A model generated the notes under the pieces. That model saw only the letters and a program-made list of their open reading frames with translations. It did no database searches and had not been told where the DNA came from. Of a stretch of DNA of 64,000 nt, positions 21,759-32,200 are shown piece by piece; the first letter of the stretch is position 1, and each line of letters begins with the position of its first letter. This DNA is from Cyanophyceae cyanobacterium (GTDB taxonomy: Bacteria; Cyanobacteriota; Cyanobacteriia; Cyanobacteriales; JBHJGN01). The translations under genes and the position numbers were made by a program. The stretch is from the NCBI GenBank assembly GCA_050331735.1, contig JBHJGN010000011.1, positions 224,001-288,000 of the forward strand. Direction: 5' to 3'.

Positions 21759-23294
21759 TTAGCTCAAAATGGCAATGCCGTCTCGGCGAGCATCCCCCGC
21801 TCCTTCCATCCCGTCCTTCTTTCCTCGCACCGCATGAACGCCTCCAAAGAACATATTTTTTTCCGGCCACAGCACCAGCTTGGTATCGTCAGCGATCGCC
21901 ATTGCTTCTTGATATCTGTTTGGTTCTACGCTCAAAACGTTGTTTTCCCAATGCACCCGCGGACTTTGCACTGCTTCATCTAAAGACAGCTCGAAATCAA
22001 CCAGGTTAGAAATGACCTGAAGAATCGCGGTACGGATGCGATTGGAGCCACCCGAGCCTAAAACAACTGCTGACTTGCCCTGCTTGAGCAGAAGCGTTGG
22101 AGCCATCATCGAAGCAATGCGGCGATCGCACATCCAATTATGAAAGCCAAAGGGATTAATATCGGCTTCTCCCAGCATGTTGTTGACCATGATTCCCGTA
22201 TCAGGAATGATGTATGCTGAGCCTTCTCCATTGGTAGTGGTGGTGCTAGCGGCGTTGCCTTCGCTATCAATGACGCTGATATGAGTCGTGCTGCCCCATT
22301 TGTTAACAAAGTTTTTGAGTCGGTGTTGATAGGGGTCGGACTGACTCAAAAACCGTTCGGCACTGTCTTCTCGGTCTAAAGAGGCATCGTAGCCGTTGTG
22401 TCTCGCTTCGTTAGTTAAGCGCATTACCTGAGCCAGAATTTGCAGATGACGCGGACTGCCAAACTCAATGTGGGTAAAATTTACCGCTGACAACAGCTTG
22501 AGAGCCAGGGCAATCAAAGTCCCGCCTGCGCTCGGAGGAGGATTCGTCAGCAGTTTATATCCGCGATAATGAGTTTGGAGTGGTTTTCTAACGATGACCC
22601 GATAGTTACTCAAATCCGCGAGCGTGAGATATCCTCCCCCGGCCTGAGAATCTTTGACAAATCGATGAGCAATTTCTCCTTGATAGAATTCCTCAACGCC
22701 ATGCTGTGCTAGAAAAGTTAACGTATCGGCAAAATTTCTCATGGTGCAAACTTCGCCAGCCGTTAGTAACTTGCCCTGGGGAGCAAAAATTTTCCGCGAT
22801 TCTGGCTGTGCGAGCATAATTGGCTCCAGCAGTCGCAGACAGAACTCTTGGTAAGAAGTAATTTCAAATCCATTTTTAGCGTAGTCAATCGCTGGTTGCA
22901 CCACCTCTTTAAACGGCAGTTTGCCCAATCGTTGCTGCACTGTAAACGCTCCGGCGAGATTTCCCGGCACCGCAATCGCCCCCATGCCGATATGGAACGT
23001 TTGGACTTCGCCGCCAAAGTTTAGCTCAACGGGATAGAAATCCAGCTCGTTCGAAGGCCTTTTCGTGCGGGGTGTTTGACTAAAAAAATCAAAGAGCATC
23101 GGGGGCTGAGCTCGAGGATGAGCCAATAGAAAGCCACTTCCGCCTGCTGAAGTTAAAGTTGGTTCAACGACAAAGGCAGCACAGAGAGAGGCGATCGCTG
23201 CATCAAACGCATTGCCACCAAGCGCAAACATCTCCTGTCCTGCTTCTGCCGTTTTTCGATGTCCTGCCGCAATTACACCGTGATTTTGCCTCAT
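21759..23294 (-). CDS. ggt: gamma-glutamyltransferase
   Basis: GGNAFDAA, catalytic TTHISVID, NNMLGE, SMMAP and GSGGSNRI motifs. Confidence 0.92.
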   Translation of the reverse strand: MRQNHGVIAAGHRKTAEAGQEMFALGGNAFDAAIASLCAAFVVEPTLTSAGGSGFLLAHPRAQPPMLFDFFSQTPRTKRPSNELDFYPVELNFGGEVQTFHIGMGAIAVPGNLAGAFTVQQRLGKLPFKEVVQPAIDYAKNGFEITSYQEFCLRLLEPIMLAQPESRKIFAPQGKLLTAGEVCTMRNFADTLTFLAQHGVEEFYQGEIAHRFVKDSQAGGGYLTLADLSNYRVIVRKPLQTHYRGYKLLTNPPPSAGGTLIALALKLLSAVNFTHIEFGSPRHLQILAQVMRLTNEARHNGYDASLDREDSAERFLSQSDPYQHRLKNFVNKWGSTTHISVIDSEGNAASTTTTNGEGSAYIIPDTGIMVNNMLGEADINPFGFHNWMCDRRIASMMAPTLLLKQGKSAVVLGSGGSNRIRTAILQVISNLVDFELSLDEAVQSPRVHWENNVLSVEPNRYQEAMAIADDTKLVLWPEKNMFFGGVHAVRGKKDGMEGAGDARRDGIAILS

Positions 23295-23880
23295 GCGCTA
23301 AAATGATCTATCGTTGCTTTTTAGAGTGTATTGGCAACTATAGCAACTCTCACTCTTATGAGGTACGGCCATAAATCCTCGTTTTTGCTGATGGTTGATT
23401 GTGAGGGTATAGTTCTGAGGGAACCTCAGAACGCAAAGACCGCCCGAATTGCTGATGGGTAACTAGCATACTTCCTGGTGTACCCCACAGATTTGAGAAA
23501 CGCTATAGAATCAAGTTGTCTTCAAGAAAAAATTTGGTAGATTTACGTTAACAGATCTAGTAATTTAGGCTGCTAAAGGGTTAGGTAGTCACTTAGCTTG
23601 CTGCTGAGAAAACCGTATCAGTCTTTAATTTAAGTCCAGGAAAAACACTAGATTTGATATAGTTCTCTTTAATAAACTTTTCCATTTGATATTCTCCTTC
23701 AACTAGCTGACAGACAGTGAATGTGCTCCGGGCTCGACGAAAACGGGGTTTTGCCACTATCAACATCGGTTTAATTCTTTTAATCTACTCAACTTGATTT
23801 AAGTTTCAGCCCGCTTGCTATGGCATCCGTCCCTGCTCTTTGTCTATATTTAGAAAAGACTTTTAGTATAGGATATAGCT

Positions 23881-24078
23881 GTGAAAGAAGTTAATTGTGC
23901 TGTAGAGTGCGTTGACGGCTGTATTTTGGGCGAAGAATGTCCTCACCGAGAATACGCGGCTAATGCCTCAACCTTCATTGAGGAAACTTCTTTAGACCAA
24001 ATGATAGAAATCGCCGAAATTGCCCGTCGTAAAAAACTGACTGAACCTCCTCAGTGGGTGATTCCTGACGAAATCTAG
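23881..24078 (+). CDS. small Cys-rich hypothetical protein
   Basis: 65 aa with CAVECVDGCILGEECP, GTG start and SD-like AGGA. Confidence 0.7.
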   Translation: MKEVNCAVECVDGCILGEECPHREYAANASTFIEETSLDQMIEIAEIARRKKLTEPPQWVIPDEI

Positions 24079-24081
24079 GAA

Positions 24082-24789
24082 CTACCGACTCACCGTAGAG
24101 GGGCGAGCTGCCTGAATGTTTCCCTGTCGTTCACATTGAAACCCATTTTCCTGCCAGGCTTGTAAGTCTACGTCTTCTAGCTGAGTAACGCGAGAGCAGG
24201 GTGGATAGATAGCTTGACTCAACGGTGACCACAGTAGGCTACGGAGAACATCTAAACCAGTTTTGAGTACAGACTCTTGGTTGCCAGGAACACCCTTCTC
24301 GGTGACGATCTCTGGCTCGACCCAAATTCCGTGGGCGCCCAGTAAAATTTGGGCTAACCATTTAGCCCGCGGCAAATGGGTTGCGGAGGTAACGACTTTG
24401 ACTTTATGAACATCGAGGCGGCGGAGAATGGGAATGCCAAAAAAGAAGTTACCAAAGGTTGAATCAGCGCATCTTTCTAGCCATACTTTGTCTAAGCGCG
24501 CCTGTTCCCGTTGAAAAATGAGAAAAACACACGGGTCGTCTGCTCCTTGAGAAATCACAATTGGCAGCTCAGGATACTGCTTTGCTAACTGTGCGGCATG
24601 AATTTCCCGTTGAATACTGCCTCCAAGAACCAGCAAAGCATCGACGGGTTTAGAGGAATTAAGCCATAGTATTACCGTGGAATGCACAAAGATGCTAGCC
24701 AATAGGAAGGCCGTACCGGTCATGACTACTGGCTTAAGCCATTTGATCCATCCCAACTTTAAAGATCGCTGTCGTCTTCGCACCGTCAA
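24082..24789 (-). CDS. YdcF/DUF218 family protein
   Basis: N-terminal [15 protein letters not shown] and [11 protein letters not shown] motifs. Confidence 0.85.
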   Translation of the reverse strand: MTVRRRQRSLKLGWIKWLKPVVMTGTAFLLASIFVHSTVILWLNSSKPVDALLVLGGSIQREIHAAQLAKQYPELPIVISQGADDPCVFLIFQREQARLDKVWLERCADSTFGNFFFGIPILRRLDVHKVKVVTSATHLPRAKWLAQILLGAHGIWVEPEIVTEKGVPGNQESVLKTGLDVLRSLLWSPLSQAIYPPCSRVTQLEDVDLQAWQENGFQCERQGNIQAARPSTVSR

Positions 24790-26171
24790 AAATCGGCATT
24801 CATAGGAGTACGAGGAAAGGGAATGACATCGCGGATATTGTTCATGCCAGTCATGAACTGTACAATTCGTTCAAACCCAAGACCAAAGCCAGCATGAGGA
24901 ACTGTGCCATAGCGTCGCAGATCTAAGTACCATCCCAGCTCTTCTCGGGGCATGCCCTGATTCTTGATCCGCTGCTCTAAAACTTCCAGTCGTTCTTCAC
25001 GCTGAGAACCACCGATAATTTCACCAATTTTGGGAACGAGAACATCCATAGCCGCAACGGTTTTCTGGTCATCGTTCAGGCGCATGTAAAAAGCTTTGAT
25101 TCCTATTGGGTAATCTGTGACGATGACGGGCTTTTTGAAGAATTCTTCTGCTAAGTAGCGCTCATGTTCCGACTGCAAATCTACGCCCCATTCTACCGGA
25201 AACTCGAACGTTCGCTCGGCTTTTTCGAGGAGGGCGATCGCCTCAGTATAGGTCAATCGTTCAAAGCGGCTATTAACAATATTATCCGCTGTTTCTAGCA
25301 CAGTTTTGTCGATGCGCTGATTAAAAAACTCCATATCTTCTGGGCAACGTTCTAATACGGTTTTGAAAATATGCTTCAAAAACTCCTCGGCTAAATCCTG
25401 ATTGCCGCCCAGGTCGCAAAACGCCATTTCCGGTTCGACCATCCAGAACTCTGCTAAATGCCTCGATGTGTTGGAGTTCTCGGCGCGAAACGTTGGCCCA
25501 AACGTATACACCCGCTCAAACGCCATCGCCATCGCCTCTACCTGAAGCTGCCCGCTGACGGTTAAATAGGCGCGACGACCAAAGAAATCCTGACTCCAGT
25601 CGATTGTTCGACCATTGGTGAGGGGCAGATGATCAGGATCGAGGCTGGTGACGGTAAATAGCTCCCCGGCTCCTTCGCAGTCACTAGCCGTAATAATGGG
25701 GGTATGAATCCACAGAAACCCTCGCTCCTGAAAAAACTGGTGAATGGCGTTAGCGCAGGCATTGCGCACTCTAAATACAGCCCCAATCGTATTCGTGCGC
25801 GATCGCAGGTGTCCAATCGTGCGTAAAAACTCAAACGAGTGGCGCTTTTTCTGGAGGGGATACGTCTCTTCCGACTCACCAAAAACCTCCACAGCGGTTG
25901 CTTTCAGCTCAATTCGCTGTCCTTTCCCCGGAGAAGGAACCAATTGCCCTGTTACCTCAACCGAAGCGCCATTGCCAAGATGCTTGAGCGCACTTTCATA
26001 GTCAGGTAAATCAGGTTCTAAAACCGCCTGAATATTGGCCAAAGAAGAGCCATCGTTTACTTCTATAAAGGCAAAGTTTTTCAACTCTCGCTTGGTGCGG
26101 ACCCAACCGCGAATGGTAACGATTTCATCAGGTTGTCCGTGGCGTAAGATGTCTGCAATCCGCTGAGTCAT
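24786..26171 (-). CDS. asnS: asparagine--tRNA ligase
   Basis: [34 protein letters not shown] and [11 protein letters not shown] motifs. Confidence 0.97.
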   Translation of the reverse strand: MTQRIADILRHGQPDEIVTIRGWVRTKRELKNFAFIEVNDGSSLANIQAVLEPDLPDYESALKHLGNGASVEVTGQLVPSPGKGQRIELKATAVEVFGESEETYPLQKKRHSFEFLRTIGHLRSRTNTIGAVFRVRNACANAIHQFFQERGFLWIHTPIITASDCEGAGELFTVTSLDPDHLPLTNGRTIDWSQDFFGRRAYLTVSGQLQVEAMAMAFERVYTFGPTFRAENSNTSRHLAEFWMVEPEMAFCDLGGNQDLAEEFLKHIFKTVLERCPEDMEFFNQRIDKTVLETADNIVNSRFERLTYTEAIALLEKAERTFEFPVEWGVDLQSEHERYLAEEFFKKPVIVTDYPIGIKAFYMRLNDDQKTVAAMDVLVPKIGEIIGGSQREERLEVLEQRIKNQGMPREELGWYLDLRRYGTVPHAGFGLGFERIVQFMTGMNNIRDVIPFPRTPMNADF

Positions 26172-26230
26172 TCCGTCCTAGACTTTTAATAAGCATTATC
26201 CTCAGTGTACCGTTTTTAGCTGCTTTTGCT

Positions 26231-26350
26231 GGGGGAAAAGGAAAAGCGCTTCTAGACGCGGGAAAAGGTCAAAGGAGCAGGGGAAAAGGGGGAATAAATG
26301 AGTTTGTTTCTTAACTCTGTGTTCTTTCCCTTTCCCCGTCCCGTAGGGAC
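26231..26350. repeat. composite palindromic intergenic repeat, copy B
   Basis: Purine tract, core AATAAATGAGTTTGTTTCTTAACTCT (near-identical to copy A), TTTCCCC tract and GTCCC-GTA-GGGAC abutting the stop codon at 26351. Confidence 0.85.
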
Positions 26351-26689
26351 TTACCCCGCCCAGGTTTTCAGTACCCACCCAACGATTACGCCTAAGCCTC
26401 CAAATCTGACCGCTAGCCAAAAAGGGTCTTTAAGGCTGCTCCAGCGAAATAGGCGGCTTTCTAAATTGAGCTCAATCGTCTCTAATTCTTGCTCTAGCTG
26501 CTGTAGCTCGGAGTTGACTGGTTGCCTCGACTGCTGCGACAGTTCTGTATAGCGCTGCTGTAGCTGCACTTGCCGCTGCTGATCTCGTTTTACCTGCCGG
26601 TAACGTTCTTTGAGAGCTGCTAATGAAGTTTCTAGAGCCGTTAAAGCTTGTTCCAATGACTCGTCAGGAACGCGAAATTGAGAAGACAT
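26351..26689 (-). CDS. coiled-coil protein with C-terminal TM helix
   Basis: Heptad-rich N-terminus and C-terminal FWLAVRFGGLGVIVGWVL. Confidence 0.75.
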   Translation of the reverse strand: MSSQFRVPDESLEQALTALETSLAALKERYRQVKRDQQRQVQLQQRYTELSQQSRQPVNSELQQLEQELETIELNLESRLFRWSSLKDPFWLAVRFGGLGVIVGWVLKTWAG

Positions 26690-26729
26690 TTTACACTAGA
26701 GATGAAGATCTATGATTTGGCATCAACTC

Positions 26730-27017
26730 ATGTCTCAACCTACCCAAATTCGCCCCGACACCGATCAGCTTAGTACGCTTGAACTAGCTCAAGCCCTAGC
26801 CGAGCGCTTAGCGATCGCCCCCAATGATTGGCATCGGCTCAAAGGGAACCGGACTGTCCAAGCCCGCCAGCAAGCCGCCGCTGCCCTGGTATTTCTGCTC
26901 AAAGAGCGGCCAGAAGAAGCGCTTTTACGTCTTCAACAAGCGTCTCAATGGCTAGATCGCACCATTTCAGCTCCTCCTTGCCCCGATCACAATCGTAAGT
27001 CCTCGTCAGCACAGTAA
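26730..27017 (+). CDS. conserved cyanobacterial protein (DUF6439-like)
   Basis: LSTLELAQALAERLAI.PNDWHRLK...SAPPCPDH. Convergent with pmgA. Confidence 0.75.
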   Translation: MSQPTQIRPDTDQLSTLELAQALAERLAIAPNDWHRLKGNRTVQARQQAAAALVFLLKERPEEALLRLQQASQWLDRTISAPPCPDHNRKSSSAQ

Positions 27018-27443
27018 GGGCTGACGTTCTTTGCCCTTTAATTGCTTACACAGCTTTAGCTCTGTTCCCTGTTGATTCCAGTGAACTCGGTCAAAAACGT
27101 AGTAGAGAATACATAAACCTCGACCGCTTTCTGCTTCTTCTCTCGGCAGTTGGCTGTTGCCATTGCACTTGAAGCCTGTTCCTTCGTCAGAAATTACCCA
27201 GGAGTATTCCTCTTTGGTAACCGAGAACTGGACAACAACCGTTTTGCTCGGGTCTAATTTGTTGCCGTGTTTAGCGGCATTTACCAGTGCCTCTTGAAGT
27301 CCTAGCCGCAGCTCTGGTTGCCATTGGGTGGGAATATCGGCTAAAAGTAAGTCTAACACTGGACAAAGGTAAAGAGTGGATGCGAAGCTCATCACGCTCC
27401 ACTCACGTCTTTTGGGAGACATGGAAATAGCAATCACACGCAC
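27006..27443 (-). CDS. pmgA: PmgA-like anti-sigma factor/Ser-Thr kinase (HATPase_c)
   Basis: SFASTLYLCPVLDLLL, LGLQEALVNAAKHGN, ISDEGTGF and ESGRGL motifs. Confidence 0.85.
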   Translation of the reverse strand: MRVIAISMSPKRREWSVMSFASTLYLCPVLDLLLADIPTQWQPELRLGLQEALVNAAKHGNKLDPSKTVVVQFSVTKEEYSWVISDEGTGFKCNGNSQLPREEAESGRGLCILYYVFDRVHWNQQGTELKLCKQLKGKERQPLLC

Positions 27444-27451
27444 CTCTGGCT

Positions 27452-27630
27452 TGCTTAGTAATCTAGTTACGGTGGCAGTTAGGCCATTCGTTTAATTCCG
27501 TTCAGCAACTAATGTGCTTTGGCAACAGCAGCCAGTAATACACCTGAACTTGCTGAGGCTCTGGACGAGACTGCCCTATCTAGCAGCTAACGAGACGGAG
27601 TCACCCAAACGGCAGCTTCTGTGCTCTGCT
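27452..27630 (-). ncRNA. ssrS: probable 6S RNA
   Basis: About 180 nt that can be paired by hand as a rod: AGCTGC/GTAACT and GGTGAC/GCCACC closing helices, CCGT-TCGTT/AACGA-ATGG, a central bubble containing GAACGGAATTA, and an apical CAGC-AG-TCAG/CTGG-CT-GCTG stem-loop. TAGCAT -10-like box upstream. Ends approximate. Confidence 0.6.
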
Positions 27631-27774
27631 AAAACATGCTACATACCATAGATATCAAGAATTTATGATGGTTAAAATTTTACAATCAGCTTAGAAAAAC
27701 AGCCGGTTTTTCTCCATAAATTAAGATTTACTAGGAGTTATTTGCGTATTTTTCTCTATTCATTCACGATTTTA

Positions 27775-29166
27775 TCACAGAATTTCCGCAGACCCAAGAA
27801 AGGCTGCGCACTCAGCATGAGCAGTTTGCGGGAAAAAATCTGCAGGTTGCACAAAAATTAGGGAGTAGCTGCTATTTTGACAAAGTAATTTCAGATCTCT
27901 TGCTAGGGTAGCCGGATTGCAGCTCACGTAAACCAGACGAGGGGGCTTGCTCTTTAACAAGGCGTCAAGGGTTTGGTGATTGCACCCTTGACGAGGGGGA
28001 TCGAGAAGCACAATATCCGGGGAAACCTCTAGCTGAGGAAGTAAATCTTCTACCGCCCCAGTCTGAAAGGAAACATTGGCAATGTTGTTGAGCTGAGCAT
28101 TGATGTGTGCCTGCTGTACAGCAGCAGCTTGGACCTCGATACCGATTACCTGTTGTACCCGTCGTGCCAACGGTAACGCAAAGGTTCCGATTCCGCAGTA
28201 AGCGTCTAACACCGTTTCTTCGCCTTGCAGGTCTAGTTGCTCAACAATTACCTCCAGAAGAGCTTCTGCGGTTTCTGTATTAATTTGAAAAAAGGTTTCT
28301 GGACGCAATCTGAACTCTAGATCCGCAAAAATCTCGCGCAGCTCAAGCTGACCAGCGATCGCTCTCGTCTGCTTGCCAACAATAACGTTGGTGCGCTGCG
28401 GATTGTAGTTCAGCGCTACGCCAACGAGCTGCGGATAGCGCTGCATCCACTGCTGAGCCTGATGTTCAAGCTCCGGTAGGTGCCAGTCTGTACTAATCAG
28501 AGTTAATAGCATCTCTCCGGTACGTCTGCCGATACGCAGGGAAAAATGGCGCAGTTGCCCTTGATGCGTTTGTTCGTTGTAAATCGACCAGCCGCGACGT
28601 TCGATGTCTCGCTTGACTTGAGCAAGCAGTGGGTCAAAGCGAGTATCCTGCACCGGACACTGATTCAGATTGACCAACCGATGAGAACCTCGACGGTAGT
28701 AGCCCGCTTGAACTTGCCCCGTTGATGATAAATTCAGAGGATAAGTCGCTTTGTTGCGGTAATTGAGAACATCCCGGTGAAGTGGAGGCGCGACAGTTGG
28801 CTCAGCAAAACCACCGATGCGCTTGAGAATTTCGAGAATGTATCGGCGCTTGGCAACGCGCTGGTATTCATCATTAATATGTTGCCACTGACAGCCACCG
28901 CATTTGTCGGCCACAATACACCGAGGACGAATCCGATGGGAGGAGGATTTAAGCAGCTCGATCAGCTTACCATGAGCATACTGAGGTTTCACTCGCACTA
29001 ATCGCGCTCTGATCCGATCGCCAGTTACGGTACTGGGAACAAACACGGCTCGTCCTTCAAAGCGACCAACGCCGTCGCCACCATTGCTCACATCCGTAAT
29101 GTCTAGCTCTACTATCTGCCCCTGTTGCCAAAGTAATGCTGGAGATTGTCTGTCGTGACTGTTCAT
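27775..29166 (-). CDS. rlmD: 23S rRNA (uracil-1939-C5)-methyltransferase
   Basis: TRAM domain, C..ADKCGGCQWQH, FFQIN, DAYCGIG, LDPPRQG and YVSCNPATLARD motifs. Confidence 0.93.
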   Translation of the reverse strand: MNSHDRQSPALLWQQGQIVELDITDVSNGGDGVGRFEGRAVFVPSTVTGDRIRARLVRVKPQYAHGKLIELLKSSSHRIRPRCIVADKCGGCQWQHINDEYQRVAKRRYILEILKRIGGFAEPTVAPPLHRDVLNYRNKATYPLNLSSTGQVQAGYYRRGSHRLVNLNQCPVQDTRFDPLLAQVKRDIERRGWSIYNEQTHQGQLRHFSLRIGRRTGEMLLTLISTDWHLPELEHQAQQWMQRYPQLVGVALNYNPQRTNVIVGKQTRAIAGQLELREIFADLEFRLRPETFFQINTETAEALLEVIVEQLDLQGEETVLDAYCGIGTFALPLARRVQQVIGIEVQAAAVQQAHINAQLNNIANVSFQTGAVEDLLPQLEVSPDIVLLDPPRQGCNHQTLDALLKSKPPRLVYVSCNPATLARDLKLLCQNSSYSLIFVQPADFFPQTAHAECAAFLGSAEIL

Positions 29167-29216
29167 TGTGAAACCGAGTGGCCGCGCCTCTAGGGCGGAT
29201 TAACGAATACAATTAA

Positions 29217-29798
29217 GTGATGAAAGCTGACTCAATTACTGCGACTCTCGAACAATATTTTGGTTCTAACACGGTCCAAACCCCATCCGCCGATTCTTGG
29301 CAGGTGGAAAAGGACGGTTTGCGTCTGCTGGTGATTCTCTCTGAGGATCAAACCTGGCTGCGTCTTCTAGTTCCGATCGTAACAGCCGCGGAAGCTCAAC
29401 CCTATTTTCAACAGCTACTTCAGGCCAACTTCGACCAAACTCAGGAAGTTCGCTATGCTCTCAACCAGGGAATTGTGTGGGGAGTCTTCCAGCATAGCTG
29501 CGCTAGTCTCACCTCTGAAGATTTTACCGGCGCGATCGCTCGTCTCATTGTTCTGTCTGAAAACGGTTTGGGAGAGGCTTTTAATTTACAGACCGAACAG
29601 CGCATCAAGCAGATCATTATTGCCGCTAAGCTGCAAGGACAAAGCCTCGAATCAACTTTACAAAACCTAACGCGCTTCTACGAAGAAGGAATGCTCGGAG
29701 GAATCGATCAAGATGCCCAAGAACGAGAACAGTTTTTGCAAGCGTGGGAAGCTCAGCTCAAGCGTTTCTGGCTGGAGGTAGAACCACCGGAACTATAA
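29217..29798 (+). CDS. hypothetical protein (YbjN/T3SS chaperone-like N-terminal domain)
   Basis: 193-aa ORF with LLVILSEDQTWLRLLVPI...LLQANF..TQEVRYAL. Confidence 0.65.
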   Translation: MMKADSITATLEQYFGSNTVQTPSADSWQVEKDGLRLLVILSEDQTWLRLLVPIVTAAEAQPYFQQLLQANFDQTQEVRYALNQGIVWGVFQHSCASLTSEDFTGAIARLIVLSENGLGEAFNLQTEQRIKQIIIAAKLQGQSLESTLQNLTRFYEEGMLGGIDQDAQEREQFLQAWEAQLKRFWLEVEPPEL

Positions 29799-29801
29799 TT
29801 T

Positions 29802-29995
29802 GTCGCGAACGCGACGGGGCCAGGGGAAAAAGTTGCTGCGCAACGGGGAATGGGGAAAGGGGAAAAAGTTGCTGCGCAACGGGGAAAGGGAATGGTTTGT
29901 TAGTTGATTTGTCATTTTCTCTCACCTCATACATCATTACAGAGAGGTTTCCCCTTTCCCCCTTACCCTTTCCCCTTTTCCCGCGCCTGCGGCGC
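29802..29995. repeat. composite palindromic intergenic repeat, copy C (inverted relative to A and B)
   Basis: GTCGC-GAAC-GCGAC, two tandem GGGGAAAAAGTTGCTGCGCAACGGGGAA units, TTTCCCC tract, terminal GCGCC-TGC-GGCGC. Confidence 0.85.
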
Positions 29996-30032
29996 TTTTG
30001 AGTTTGTAAGCACTCAGTAAGTTTAAATATTG

Positions 30033-30407
30033 ATGGATATTGTTGAAGTTCTGCGGAACGATTACCAGCGTTTTCCTAAAGACCAAACCTATAGCCTTTA
30101 CGCTGAAGATGTGTACTTTAAAGACCCTCTTAATGAGTTTCGGGGACTCAAAGGATATCAAGGGGTTATTCGGATGATTGATACCATCTTTCAGGACATC
30201 AACATGGACCTCCACGACATTCGCCTTCAGGGTGATGTCGTGAAGACGGAGTGGACGTTGCATATGACCTCGCCTCTGCCGTGGAAACCTCGCTTAGCGA
30301 TTCCCGGCTGGAGCGAACTGAAGCTCAATCAAGAACAGTTGGTCATTTCTCATGTTGACCACTGGCACATCTCCCGTCTAGATGTCTTAAAACAAAACTT
30401 TTCCTAA
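30033..30407 (+). CDS. DUF2358 / NTF2-like protein
   Basis: DYQRFP.DQTYSLYAEDVYFKDP...SHVDHW. Confidence 0.85.
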   Translation: MDIVEVLRNDYQRFPKDQTYSLYAEDVYFKDPLNEFRGLKGYQGVIRMIDTIFQDINMDLHDIRLQGDVVKTEWTLHMTSPLPWKPRLAIPGWSELKLNQEQLVISHVDHWHISRLDVLKQNFS

Positions 30408-30469
30408 TCCGGCAAAAATCGCGCTAATAATTAAGTAATATAAACATTTCTCAGATACTTACGATCCCG

Positions 30470-31657
30470 ATGCGCTTAATTTTAATGACGGGCAAAGGAG
30501 GCGTTGGCAAAACCTCTGTGGCAGCAGCGACCGGCCTTCGCTGTGCGGAACTTGGTTATAGAACCCTTGTGTTAAGTACCGACCCGGCCCACTCTTTAGC
30601 TGACAGCTTCGATTTAGAACTCGCTCACGAACCTAAACCCGTTGCTGCTAATCTTTGGGGGGCAGAATTAGATGCATTGATGGAGTTAGAAGGCAACTGG
30701 GGAGCCGTCAAGCGCTATATCACCCAGGTGTTGCAGGCGCGGGGATTAGACGGAGTTCAGGCTGAAGAACTCGCTATTTTACCGGGGATGGATGAAATTT
30801 TCGGCTTAGTGCGGATGAAGCGTCACTATGACGAAGGAGATTTCGAGGTCTTAATTATTGATTCTGCGCCGACTGGCACGGCTCTGCGACTGCTGAGCAT
30901 TCCTGAAGTCGGCGGCTGGTACATGCGACGTTTCTACAAACCTTTGCAGGGAATGTCGGCGGCCCTCAGACCGATTGTAGAACCAATCTTTAGACCAATC
31001 GCTGGTTTTTCTCTGCCCGACCGAGAAGTAATGGATGCTCCCTACGAATTCTATCAGCAGATTGAAGCCCTAGAAAAGGTGCTGACCGATAATACCCTCA
31101 CGTCCGTTCGTCTTGTTACGAATCCAGAAAGAATGGTGATTAAAGAGTCTCTCAGGGCCCATGCCTATCTGAGTCTTTATAATGTTGCGACGGATTTAGT
31201 CATTGCCAACCGCATCATCCCGGATGAAGTGACCGATCCGTTTTTTGAACGGTGGAAGAAGAGTCAGCACGAATATCGGCAGGAAATTCACGATGATTTT
31301 CATCCGCTGCCCGTGAAGGAAGTGCCGCTGTTTTCTGAGGAACTGTGTGGGCTGGCGGCGCTGGAACGGCTCAAAGATACCCTGTACGGCGAGGAAGACC
31401 CGACTCAGGTGTATTATCAAGAAAATACTATTCGGGTGATTCAGGATGGCGATCGCTATAGCTTGGAACTATATCTGCCGGGAGTTGAAAAGACGCAAGT
31501 GCAGCTCAATAAAACTGGAGACGAACTTAACGTTAGAATCGGCAACCATCGCCGCAATTTGGTGTTGCCCCAGGCGTTAGCCGCGCTCTCTCCGACGGCT
31601 GCCAAGATGGAGGAAGACTATCTCAAAATTTGCTTCACCAACGGTGCCAAAGTATAG
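30470..31657 (+). CDS. ArsA/GET3 family ATPase with C-terminal alpha-crystallin-like domain
   Basis: [22 protein letters not shown] and a C-terminal Hsp20-like segment. Confidence 0.92.
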   Translation: MRLILMTGKGGVGKTSVAAATGLRCAELGYRTLVLSTDPAHSLADSFDLELAHEPKPVAANLWGAELDALMELEGNWGAVKRYITQVLQARGLDGVQAEELAILPGMDEIFGLVRMKRHYDEGDFEVLIIDSAPTGTALRLLSIPEVGGWYMRRFYKPLQGMSAALRPIVEPIFRPIAGFSLPDREVMDAPYEFYQQIEALEKVLTDNTLTSVRLVTNPERMVIKESLRAHAYLSLYNVATDLVIANRIIPDEVTDPFFERWKKSQHEYRQEIHDDFHPLPVKEVPLFSEELCGLAALERLKDTLYGEEDPTQVYYQENTIRVIQDGDRYSLELYLPGVEKTQVQLNKTGDELNVRIGNHRRNLVLPQALAALSPTAAKMEEDYLKICFTNGAKV

Positions 31658-31816
31658 CTAACTAAATAGGCATCAATCAAGATTGAGACGGAGATAAGTC
31701 GGGGAGAAGAAAGCTAACAGCTCATAGCTAATGGCTAATAACCATTAGCCAATCTAAATTTAATTCTACCTAGCTAGTTATACCAATTAGAAAAAGTAAT
31801 AGGAGACTTGATGAGT

Positions 31817-31882
31817 TGGGGGAAAGGGGAAGGGGTCAAGGGGAAAGGGAAGCACAGCAGCTCTTTGCCCTTGAACCTCCAA
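31817..31882. repeat. degenerate purine/pyrimidine inverted repeat related to copies A-E
   Basis: GGGGGAAAGGGGAAGGGGTCAAGGGGAAAGGG...CTCTTTGCCCTTGAACCTCC, with no intact hairpins. Confidence 0.5.
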
Positions 31883-31942
31883 TGCTTGGTGAGTTTAAGG
31901 AACTCTCTGACTACTTTCGGTAAATGGTATTAGATAGAGACG

Positions 31943-32200
31943 ATGGCTGATTCAATTGGTGTCAGGGTTAAGCTGTTTGCGGCTTATCAGGAAGCTTACG
32001 GAGTTGCAGAACTGCACCTCACCTTTCCTCCGCAGACCAATGCTGGCAGCGTGTTGGACTATGTGATGGCTGAACATCCAGAATTGGAGCAATGGCGCGA
32101 GGTGACGCGCCTTGGAGTTAATCTTGAGTTTGCTTCCCCCAACCGTCTTTTGAAAAATGGCGATGAAGTAGTTCTCGTTCCTCCTGTTAGCGGTGGCTAG
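31943..32200 (+). CDS. moaD: molybdopterin synthase sulfur carrier (MoaD/ThiS)
   Basis: VKLFAAYQE and C-terminal VPPVSGG. Confidence 0.92.
   Translation: MADSIGVRVKLFAAYQEAYGVAELHLTFPPQTNAGSVLDYVMAEHPELEQWREVTRLGVNLEFASPNRLLKNGDEVVLVPPVSGG

Noticed and set aside
30470..31657. Arsenic resistance operon (ArsA-like gene plus ArsR at 38792)
   Set aside because: Single-domain GET3-like ATPase with an Hsp20-like tail; no arsB/acr3/arsC nearby, and the two genes are unlinked
31711..31752. AGCTAAC/AGCTCAT/AGCTAAT/GGCTAAT heptamer run (similar runs near 1475, 12087 and 61583)
   Set aside because: Ordinary short STRR-like cyanobacterial heptamer repeats, too degenerate to call a distinct element
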